Below, piece after piece: positions 1-7,890 of a stretch of 64,000 nucleotides of DNA (the stretch's first letter is position 1; every line of letters starts with the position of its first letter). The stretch covers positions 224,001 to 288,000 of the forward strand of contig CAVTTL010000001.1 of the NCBI GenBank assembly GCA_963737635.1, given 5' to 3'. A model generated the notes under the pieces. That model was not told the DNA's origin and ran no database searches. It saw only the letters and a list, made by a program, of their open reading frames with translations. A program made the translations under genes and the position numbers. Source of the DNA: an uncultured Methanoregulaceae archaeon. GTDB taxonomy: Archaea; Halobacteriota; Methanomicrobia; Methanomicrobiales; Methanospirillaceae.

Positions 1-712
1 CAGGCACATTTCCGTTTGATTGTACCCCATCCCAAAGAAATACGGGTGAACCGGGAACAGATTGGCTAGGATTTGAGGGCACAGTCCATTCGGCACCGTA
101 ATTACCAAGAGATGAGGATGTTGGAGTACCATCTATGCCTTCAACATAGTACTGGGGGTCAGTCACTTGTGGAGTTACCGAAGATGCCGTTAATCCGGTT
201 GGCGTGCTCAAATCAATCTCTCTAAAGAGCAATACATTTTGATACGAAACATACGCAATATTTCCTGAAAATGTCACAACTGATCCAGATGGGACCCCAT
301 GTACATGGGTTGCCGGCGTCAATCCATCTGGTGTAGGAATGTTTGTGGAGTTTGCATCTTCTGCAGCGAACAACTGATTCCCGTTTGCATCAAAAACCGT
401 TGTTATGCCATTTTTTGAATGATAAATTATTGAGCCGTACGGGATTTTCGATATGCTCGGGTTCTGGGATGTTGCAATCAAATGTGTAACATCTGATACC
501 TGCGTATTGAGATCGGGATCCAGCTCGGTGTTTACAGTTACATGTTTTTGAGATGTATTGAAATGCAGTTGTGGAACTGATAACGTACTTACATCGGATG
601 CTAAGGAATAATTTATTCCCCCGGACGCGTTCACCATCGGTACCATCACCATCGCTGCCAGCAGGAATGCCAACAGCATAATGCCCATTTTCAAAGTTTT
701 CATGTATTTCAT
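1..712 (-). CDS. Secreted protein, 3' end runs off window (not in ORF track); possible peptidase G1/neprosin-like beta domain
   Basis: Manual translation MKYMKTLKMGIMLLAFLLAAMVMVPMVNA... stays open to position 1. AAGGAGGA RBS upstream, signal peptide, and a W-x-VP...P-VFLWDGVQ motif near the window edge. Confidence 0.7.
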   Translation of the reverse strand, partial: MKYMKTLKMGIMLLAFLLAAMVMVPMVNASGGINYSLASDVSTLSVPQLHFNTSQKHVTVNTELDPDLNTQVSDVTHLIATSQNPSISKIPYGSIIYHSKNGITTVFDANGNQLFAAEDANSTNIPTPDGLTPATHVHGVPSGSVVTFSGNIAYVSYQNVLLFREIDLSTPTGLTASSVTPQVTDPQYYVEGIDGTPTSSSLGNYGAEWTVPSNPSQSVPGSPVFLWDGVQSNGNVP

Positions 713-880
713 TCCTCCTTTTCGATACGCTCCGCTCGCCGGGCATGGGAATCACATAAGCCTCCATCTTCACGCCATCGAGCGTTTCGGGGCCCTGAAG
801 ATCATAAGACGGGGATTATCATCAGAGTACCCTGAGGGAATACCACATGAGTATTCGCAGAGGGATCTTCCGAAATGTCT

Positions 881-934
881 CCTTTTATATTCTCTGTCCA
901 AACATTCCAACTGCCAGTTGGGATCTTTGGACAG
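881..934 (-). promoter_or_regulatory. 41-bp palindrome (894-934) immediately upstream of BRE/TATA-like box
   Basis: CTGTCCAAACATTCCAACTG-C-CAGTTGGGATCTTTGGACAG, followed on the minus strand by AGAATATAAAAGG. A related copy lies at 63069-63110. Confidence 0.6.
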
Positions 935-1106
935 GGAATTTTGAGCCCCTGCAGTATCCCCACAAGGATGGTACTACGATGTCGTATATACCAATTCTAG
1001 TCCATTCCTCTACCGGTTGCAGGATCGGTAGACGATTGAACCAGAACACTTAATTGGCAAATGTTGGAACCAGTTCACCGGCTCACGAATGTATTCGTGG
1101 GAGTGG

Positions 1107-1487
1107 TCATGCCGATTCGATCATTACGGTTCTCAGGCTGGCTGATGGTACCCGCTCAGATACCCTGAGAATTTCTACACCGACAAGGTTGTTCTGGTCA
1201 TCATAATCCAGGATTATGCCGGGTTTCACTTCTTCCGATTCATGGATACGGGTATCGGAAATACGCATATACAGCGCATCCGCCTCTTTGTCAACGGTCA
1301 CTTCCACTTCAACCGGCACCGGTTTTTTGAGGAGCCGGAGGGTTTCAATATACCCGGCTATCGCCTCTTCAACATTTTTCAGCGCCTCATCCCAGCGGTC
1401 ACCTTGGGAGACGCAGCCTTCCAGGGCGGGAACCGTCACGGTGTAACTCCCGTTCGTATTCCGGTCCATCAGTACGGTATAGCGCAT
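1107..1487 (-). CDS. HicB-like antitoxin domain fused to DUF2283 domain
   Basis: N-half YTVTVPALEGCVSQGDRWDEALKNVEEAI is HicB-like; C-half DKEADALYMRI...GIILDYD...LVGVEIL is DUF2283-like. Confidence 0.75.
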   Translation of the reverse strand: MRYTVLMDRNTNGSYTVTVPALEGCVSQGDRWDEALKNVEEAIAGYIETLRLLKKPVPVEVEVTVDKEADALYMRISDTRIHESEEVKPGIILDYDDQNNLVGVEILRVSERVPSASLRTVMIESA

Positions 1488-1577
1488 CCGCGTGTGTTTC
1501 GTACCTGCACCTCGCTTGTTTCAGATATTTTTTACGCGATTAAAGTATCTTCCGGTAAATTCTGATATCACTGGGAC

Positions 1578-1704
1578 AACGGGAGGTACAACCTCTGCAT
1601 AGATGAGCCTACGCGGCGAGGGGCGATAAGCCCCGGTGAGCGTCTTTTTAAAAATCTCCCCAATCTCCCGGATAACCTTCCCCACAACCTCCTCAAATGC
1701 CTCC
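1578..1704. repeat. ~125-bp imperfect direct repeat of 2451-2580 (aroK 3' end plus downstream hairpins)
   Basis: AACGGGAGGTACAACCTCTGCATAGATGAGCCTACGC...GGGGCGATAAGCCCCGGTGAGCGTC...CCACAACCTCCTC occurs at both positions. Confidence 0.9.
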
Positions 1705-1745
1705 CGTTCTCTCTTTCCACCGTACCCCGGATACCCCGGTTCAAA

Positions 1746-1767
1746 TGTTATATATAGTTATATAACA
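1746..1767. promoter_or_regulatory. Inverted-repeat operator overlapping TATA box of TA operon
   Basis: TGTTATATA-tagt-TATATAACA, 11 bp upstream of the ATG at 1779. Confidence 0.6.
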
Positions 1768-1778
1768 AAATCCCGGTA

Positions 1779-2051
1779 ATGATATCCGGAACCAAAACGG
1801 CCCATTCACCGCAGCTCGACACCGTACTGATGGTGGAATCATTCATAAAAGAGCACAGCGGGGAATACAAAAAGCGGGCCCTCTGGGAGAACCTTCCCAA
1901 AAAGATGATGTACCAGACCTATTCTGTGATCATCGGGTATCTCCTGGACTCCGGGAAGATTGCAGCCGATAAAGACGGGAAAATCTGCTGGATCTATAAT
2001 CCGGAACTTATAAAACGCTTGCTCGATACCAATGATCTGAAAATCCGATGA
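1779..2051 (+). CDS. Putative antitoxin, winged-helix-like
   Basis: 90 aa; ATGA overlap with a downstream RelE-like gene; operator upstream. Confidence 0.6.
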   Translation: MISGTKTAHSPQLDTVLMVESFIKEHSGEYKKRALWENLPKKMMYQTYSVIIGYLLDSGKIAADKDGKICWIYNPELIKRLLDTNDLKIR

Positions 2052-2377
2052 GAGCCGCCGTTTTTTTCGCCGACAACCGGATCAAAGAATCTTTTCGTGC
2101 ACTCGCGTCTTCAACAGCAGAGGATGCAGATATCTATCGCGGCTTGAACGAAGCATTCGATGCGCTCGCCCTCGATGCATTCTGCGGGATCCAAGTCCCA
2201 AAACGCCTGATCCCCAAATCCTATATCGCCAGGTACGGGATCGATAATCTCTGGAAATATAATTTTCATAAAAACTGGCGGCTGATGTACTCGGTCGCCG
2301 GTGACGGGAAAATGGTCATTGCCCTGATCCTTGAATGGCTCCCCCACAAGGAATATGAGCGAAGGTTCGGGTATTGA
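2048..2377 (+). CDS. RelE/YoeB-superfamily toxin (archaeal type)
   Basis: GIQVPKRLIP...NLWKYN...WRLMYSV...ILEWLPHKEYERRFGY. Confidence 0.65.
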   Translation: MRAAVFFADNRIKESFRALASSTAEDADIYRGLNEAFDALALDAFCGIQVPKRLIPKSYIARYGIDNLWKYNFHKNWRLMYSVAGDGKMVIALILEWLPHKEYERRFGY

Positions 2378-2522
2378 ACACGGGCAAAAGGGCCCTAAAG
2401 TACCTTGTCGCCACGTACCCGGGGGAGTCTCATCCAATGGGTCCCAAGGTAACGGGAGGTACAACCTCTGCATAGATGAGCCTACGCTGGCTGTGGGGCG
2501 ATAAGCCCCGGTGAGCGTCTTT

Positions 2523-3026
2523 CTAAAAAATCCTCCCAATCTCCCCGATAACCTTTCCCACAACCTCCTCGAATGCCTCCCCTTCACCATCGACCGTAAT
2601 ATCGGCATACTTCTCATACAACGGGACCCTCTGCCGGTACATCTCGGAAAGGCTCTGGCCCGGAACAAGGACAATACCCCGGGTCGTGATGTTGTTGAGC
2701 CGGTTCACCATCTCCTCACACGGGATCTTCAGGTACACGACGACACCCTCCTGTTCCAGGTGTGCCATCGCTTTGTGGGAAAAAACCACGCTGCCCCCGG
2801 TGGCAATCACGGCATTGCGGCAGTTGAGGGACAAGATGGTCTCTTCCTCCATCGCAAGGAACGCAGCCGGCCCCTCCGTGTCGATCATCTCCTGCAGGAG
2901 CCGCCCGGCACGTTCCTGTATCAGGATATCGGTATCGACAAACGCCATCCCGAGCGTCTTTGCAAGGATAACACCCACGGTGCTCTTCCCTGCGCCGGGC
3001 ATACCGATGAGAACAATGTTTTTCAT
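2523..3026 (-). CDS. aroK: Shikimate kinase (bacterial-type AroK)
   Basis: MKNIVLIGMPGAGKSTVG P-loop, DTD, IATGGS, R..LY motifs. Appears fused to the upstream ORF only through a probable indel. Confidence 0.9.
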   Translation of the reverse strand: MKNIVLIGMPGAGKSTVGVILAKTLGMAFVDTDILIQERAGRLLQEMIDTEGPAAFLAMEEETILSLNCRNAVIATGGSVVFSHKAMAHLEQEGVVVYLKIPCEEMVNRLNNITTRGIVLVPGQSLSEMYRQRVPLYEKYADITVDGEGEAFEEVVGKVIGEIGRIF

Positions 3027-3049
3027 AGGGGTGTACCGCCTCCCGGTCC

Positions 3050-3668
3050 TCACGTCGCCACGCCTACGTTCATCCCCCGGCCCACCCCGGTACTTGTCCT
3101 CAAGGGCCATCTCCTTGGGCAGGTACTCATTCTGGTACACCGTATTCAGGGTGTTCCACGTCGTATAATCCGGAGTATAGACCGTCGTGTAATAACTCTG
3201 GTATGCACTGTACGCCTGGTTGTACATCTGTACATCGGAGGGATAGTCCGACGAATCGCCATTCGAAAGATCGGCCTGCACCTTATTTTTCCAGAGGGTT
3301 ACCGTCGCTGCGAGCGTATTGAGCTGCTGTATCGATGCGTTCAGCACAAGAGCGGCTGTTATCACCTGGCCCCCTTCAGTATACACTTCGAGGGGAATAA
3401 ACCCCTGGTTCCCGTCCAGCGTATAGTAGTATATTTTATTGATTTGCCCCTGTGATTCGAGGTCCGGGGTAGGGGAAGGAACAGCGGTAAGGGACGGAAC
3501 AATAGTCAGTGTCGGGGAGACAAGGGTCGTGGTGCTTTCACCGGAGACCGGAGAAGCATTGGCCGGCGTGGCGTTTGGGGTATGAGACCCTGTGGAAGGG
3601 GAACTGACGCATCCCCCGGCAAGGAGAAACAAGAGAGCAATGGTGAAGAAAAGAGCGGGGATCTTCAT
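3050..3668 (-). CDS. Lipoprotein, S/T/P-rich linker (one indel near 3088)
   Basis: MKIPALFF...LLAGGC lipobox. Removing one C gives ...KYGVGRGMNVGVAT* ending at 3050. Confidence 0.6.
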
Positions 3669-3781
3669 CAGAAGAGTGGAGTATTTTTGCGGGGATAAAG
3701 ATGCTGGAGGTTCTGTCCCCGGCATGGTCCTGTATCCGACAATGTATACATTTTTTACTCAATTGGATACATTGTGTACTC

Positions 3782-3975
3782 ATGCTCGAAGCGCTCATCC
3801 CCTCAAAGACCCGGGTGACAAGAAGGGTTATCACGAAGGGAATTTTCGGGCTGCTCCCAGAGTGGAAGATCGATACGCAGAAACGTAAGGACGAACTGCG
3901 CGATTGACAATGGCCTCTTTTTTTGCGGATTCATACGCTGTCATTCGAGATCCTCCAAAGGGAATGAAAATGTAC
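3782..3975 (+). pseudogene. Remnant VapBC-like module (antitoxin tail plus PIN-domain start)
   Basis: ...FGLLPEWKIDTQKRKDELRD* followed by MASFFADSYAVI, a PIN-like N-terminus that then breaks down. Confidence 0.45.
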
Positions 3976-3991
3976 CCCCACCTACAGGTTC

Positions 3992-4027
3992 ATTTACTTT
4001 AAACTTTAAGTAAATAACAAAGTAAAT
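3992..4027. promoter_or_regulatory. Operator (inverted repeat plus third half-site) over TATA box
   Basis: ATTTACTT-N8-AAGTAAAT (3992-4015) plus AAGTAAAT at 4020-4027. Confidence 0.55.
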
Positions 4028-4050
4028 AATCAAACGGAGAGAACGAAAAA

Positions 4051-4377
4051 ATGCCGGATGATATCCTCTCCATCTTAAACGAGTCTGAAGCGCTCAATGC
4101 AAAAGTCTTCTCGCTTGTCAGGATGAAACTGCTCGCAAGCCTGGCCGCACTTGGTGCCGATGGGGCAACCTACCGGGAACTTAAGGCAGCGCTCAGCATC
4201 AATGACGGCGTACTGTTTGCAAACCTCAATGTCCTCAAAGACATGGGCTATCTTACGTCAGAGAAGATCATCTCTGACGGAAAAGAACTTGAACTGTATA
4301 CCATCACACCGGAAGGTCAGGACGAATGGGAGAGGATTACGTCCTGGTTACGCAGGTTCCTTGACTGTGGAGCATGA
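4051..4377 (+). CDS. Winged-helix transcriptional regulator (ArsR/PadR-like)
   Basis: VRMKLLASL...TYRELKAAL...NLNVLKDMGYL...YTITPEG. Confidence 0.8.
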   Translation: MPDDILSILNESEALNAKVFSLVRMKLLASLAALGADGATYRELKAALSINDGVLFANLNVLKDMGYLTSEKIISDGKELELYTITPEGQDEWERITSWLRRFLDCGA

Positions 4378-4910
4378 ATATGGAAAAACACAAAAAAGTA
4401 ATTGCGTTCTTTAAGGAACTGGGCTTTGAGTTCACTCTATCACGGTTCGACGACCGGCTCATTGCCCAGAAACTTGTCTGCCTTTTGGAGCTCAGAGGCA
4501 TTAGTCTCGGATATCCCTGCAGCATTTACGTACGGGGACCGTATTCCCCGCACCTTGCAGAAGATCTGTTCACCTTCAAAAACGAGTTCGAGAAGAGGGA
4601 AACCACGAGCCACCTCAGCTCAACAGAGAAAGAGACCGCAGGTGACCTCGGCAGGATCTTCGGGCTCAAACCCGTCCCGCTCGAAATCGGCGCAACCTAC
4701 GGGTATTATACAATACGGCAGGACTTTGATCCCCTCCAAGCACTCCGGCAGGTCAAACGACTCAAGCCATTCTATTCAGAGGCCCAGATTGCCCTTGGTA
4801 TCTCCAAAGCAAAAGAGTTCCTCTTCAGGCCAACGCCCGGCGACCTCGAAGAACTGAAAAAGGAGACGGGAATCTGGCAGAGGGCTTCATTGAAAACAGT
4901 GGAGCACTGA
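4374..4910 (+). CDS. DUF4065/Panacea(SocA)/YwgA-like protein
   Basis: R.IAQKLVCLL...Y.RGPYSPHL signature. Confidence 0.55.
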   Translation: MNMEKHKKVIAFFKELGFEFTLSRFDDRLIAQKLVCLLELRGISLGYPCSIYVRGPYSPHLAEDLFTFKNEFEKRETTSHLSSTEKETAGDLGRIFGLKPVPLEIGATYGYYTIRQDFDPLQALRQVKRLKPFYSEAQIALGISKAKEFLFRPTPGDLEELKKETGIWQRASLKTVEH

Positions 4911-4913
4911 TCA

Positions 4914-5240
4914 ATGAAGAACGGCGATATCTGGCTGGTGGATCTCTCTGATGCAAAAGGACATGAACAGCGAGGTATGCGCCCGGCAATTGTTGTGGGT
5001 GGTGCCAATGGCCTCACCCTCGTCGTCCCATTGACCAGCAGCATGAGCAGTGCCAGGTTCTCGCACACGTACATCATTTCACCAAGCCCACACAACGGCC
5101 TCGATGTCGAAAGCATTGCACTCGTATTCCAGATCGTTTCTCTGGACAGGGACCGGTTCGAGCACCGGATCGGTGCCATCGGTGAACAGCACAGGCTTGC
5201 GATCGTTGCTCTTATCCGTGACCTTATGGAACTGGATTAA
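4914..5240 (+). CDS. mazF: MazF/PemK endoribonuclease toxin
   Basis: GDIWLVDL...GHEQRGMRPAIVV...VVPLTS...QIVSLDRDRF...IG. Confidence 0.85.
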   Translation: MKNGDIWLVDLSDAKGHEQRGMRPAIVVGGANGLTLVVPLTSSMSSARFSHTYIISPSPHNGLDVESIALVFQIVSLDRDRFEHRIGAIGEQHRLAIVALIRDLMELD

Positions 5241-5276
5241 CCGGTACCCCCGGAAAGCATTTTCAAAACAGAACGA

Positions 5277-5394
5277 CGCCAAGGTTGGAGTTCGAATCCG
5301 AGTCGATCCCGTGAAAGCAATCATGATAGGCGGCTGCACTACCTGGACATACAGTATGTTCCACCTCCTGGATTCGGACCGGGGACATCGCGGT
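5277..5394 (-). pseudogene. Degenerate copy of tRNA-Asp (5277-5348) and 3' exon of tRNA-Tyr (5360-5394)
   Basis: Aligns with 8700-8823 with multiple substitutions; the Asp anticodon arm is damaged. Confidence 0.85.
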
Positions 5395-5432
5395 TCTGCA
5401 TCCAAAGGAAGCGTTAAAAAAGGAAATGCCAG

Positions 5433-5630
5433 TTACGTATGAAAGCAGGGCGTTGAAATGGTTGAACGGTTCTTGCACTGCCGGGATGAGGAATCCCGGG
5501 ATGCCTTGAAAAACTCCCCTGCTGTTCTGTTGATAATTTCATTGTCTGCATAACACGTGGGACAGGTCCACCGGATGATATATCCGGAGGGTGTTCCCAA
5601 AACTACCGATTTGAATAATTGTTTAGCCAT
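5433..5630 (-). CDS. Small putative zinc-ribbon protein
   Basis: WTCPTC plus a C-terminal Cys; 65 aa. Confidence 0.45.
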   Translation of the reverse strand: MAKQLFKSVVLGTPSGYIIRWTCPTCYADNEIINRTAGEFFKASRDSSSRQCKNRSTISTPCFHT

Positions 5631-5900
5631 GGTTTACTCATTGATATGCTGAAATCAGCCGGGAGCCGGAAGATACCGGTCTCTGGTTTTTAATCGATCG
5701 ATACTACAAAAAGGGTTTCATTGAGGAGGTCATGGATCGCTGGTATCATCAGGAACGGGCGCGATCGAATGTATGCCCAAAACCGTTTGTGTACATAAGA
5801 ATAGGTTGTCCGAGCGTATAGCATGATGTGTGGGAACAAGTTCGTTCCGGGAACAATGGGCCCGCATTACCGCGAAAGCCAATCAAAAAAAAGGGGGGGG

Positions 5901-7545
5901 TTAATACTCTCCCATTCCCGGGGGCATTTGGCCCATCCCACCGGGTGGCATCCCGCCTTGCGGGGCCGATGCTTTTGACGAGGAGATGACATCATCGATG
6001 CGCAGGATCATGACTGCTGCCTCGGCTGCGCTCGTGATCGCCTGGGTCTTGACCCTCAACGGCTCAACGACGCCGGCTTTGAGCATGTCGACGGGTTTTC
6101 CCGCGTAGACGTCAAGCCCGAAGGTCCGGTGCCCGGCTTCATGTGCAGCCCGGATCGCAACCAGCATATCGATAGAATCAAGGCCGGCATTCTCGGCAAG
6201 GGCACGGGGGATCACATCCATTGCTGCGGCAAATGCCTCAACGGCAAGCTGGTTGCGGCCCCCGAGGGTCGATCCATACTGCCGCAACTGGAGCGAAAGT
6301 TCGGTCTCGGGCGCCCCGCCCCCTGCAACGATTTTCTTGTCCTTGACGACAACACTGACTACCATGAGTGCGTCATGGAGGGCACGCTCGATCTCGTCGA
6401 TGATATGATCGGACCCGCCCCGGATAATGATGGAGACCGCTTTTGGGTTTTTGCATTTCGAGACGGTAATCATCTCTTCCCCTGAGAAACTTCTTCTCCT
6501 CGACGAGGCCGGCGGTCCCGAGATCGGCGGGGGAAATGGCGTCGATGCTGTTGACAAGCGCTGCACCGGTAGCGCGGGCAAGGTTCTCCATGTCGCTCTT
6601 TTTTACCCGGCGCACGGCAAGAATGCCGGCTTTTGCAAGATAATGCTGGGCGACATCGTCAATGCCTTTCTGGCAGAACATCACGTTCGCACCGCTTGCG
6701 ATGACCTTGTCTGCAAGAGCGTGCACCATCTGTGCTTCCTCGTCAAGGAAAGCCTGTAACTGCTCGGGGCGGGAGATTTTGATCTCGGCGCTGACTTCGG
6801 TCTTCTTGAACTCGAGTGCTGCGTTGAGAAGAAGGATCTTCGCGTCCTTTACCACTTTTGGCATGCCGGGGTTTGCCCGCTCCTTGTCAAGGACCATACC
6901 TTCGATGAGAACGGTATCTTCTACGGCGCCCCCGACCTTCTTTTGCACGTTTATGTGTTTGATGTCGACCGTGCCGTCGGGGTCGGCGATCGATGTGACC
7001 GCTTGTACGACCATCGCACAGAGCAGTTTCTTGTAGGCCTCTGCACCTTTACCGCTGATCGCTGTCTCCGCGACTTTTTCAAGCGTCGCCGTATCGGTGG
7101 GTTTTACCGCAACGGAGATGCTCTCAAGGATCGCCAGTGACTTGGCAGCCGCCTGCTGGTACCCTTCCGCAATGACGGTCGGGTGGACACGCGACTGGAG
7201 CAGTTCCTCTGCCTGCTTTAAGAGTTCACCGGCGATTACGACAGCCGATGTGGTGCCGTCGCCTACTTCGTCGTCCTGGGTCTTTGCAATCTCGACCATC
7301 ATCTTTGCGGCAGGATGTTCGATGTCCATCTGTTTGAGGATGGTTGCGCCATCGTTCGTGATGACGATATCGCCCATTGAGTCGATGAGCATCTTGTCCA
7401 TGCCTTTTGGCCCGAGCGTCGACCGGACCGCGGTTGCCACTGCCTTTGCTGCGGCAATGTTATTCTCCTGGGCTTCCTGCCCGCGATTCCGTGTCGTTCC
7501 CTGCCTGAGAATGATAATGGGCTGTCCGCCAAGCTGTTGTGACAT
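5901..7545 (-). CDS. ths: Thermosome (group II chaperonin) subunit, split by one indel near 6487
   Basis: [31 protein letters not shown] and a GGM tail across two ORFs. Confidence 0.93.
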
Positions 7546-7599
7546 TTCAAACCTCACTTTTTTTTATTCGTTTGTGGTATGTTCCGGCAAAGCCGTTTG

Positions 7600-7885
7600 T
7601 ACTCCCGGTATGCTACCACCGGGTGCTGGAGATTCGTGACAGGAGATGTACCATCTCTCTCTATCACCCTGTGTTCGTAGGGACGTCGCCGGCCCGGCCG
7701 GTGACACCTTTTCCTCTTGTGACTGGCAAGACTTGCTTCGTGGCCTCATATGTCTATCTGTAGTCCGGGTTTTTCATCCCCCGGCATGTGCCTGTATCAG
7801 GATATCGGTATCGACACAATGCTGCCCCCATGGTGCTTTTCCCTGCGCCAGGCATACGATACGAATACTGTTTTTCACGGGGGTG
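7600..7885 (-). pseudogene. Decayed 5' fragment of aroK
   Basis: CCTGTATCAGGATATCGGTATCGACA and GGTGCT(C/T)TTCCCTGCGCC(G/A)GGCATAC are shared with 2915-3005; internal deletions present. Similarity below ~7770 is weak. Confidence 0.75.
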
Positions 7886-7890
7886 CGCAG

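Noticed and set aside
2476-2500. GCCAGCGTAGG (minus strand) resembling a TPP riboswitch 3' end
   Set aside because: CTGAGA and CCTGA core motifs are absent and the context is unrelated to thiamine.
2523-3725. Apparent lipoprotein-shikimate kinase fusion (400 aa)
   Set aside because: Removing one base near 3088 gives a stop at 3050, and aroK has its own ATG. Most likely an indel artefact.
5277-5348. Possible extra functional or recoded tRNA
   Set aside because: Acceptor and anticodon stems are disrupted; it is a decayed copy of tRNA-Asp.
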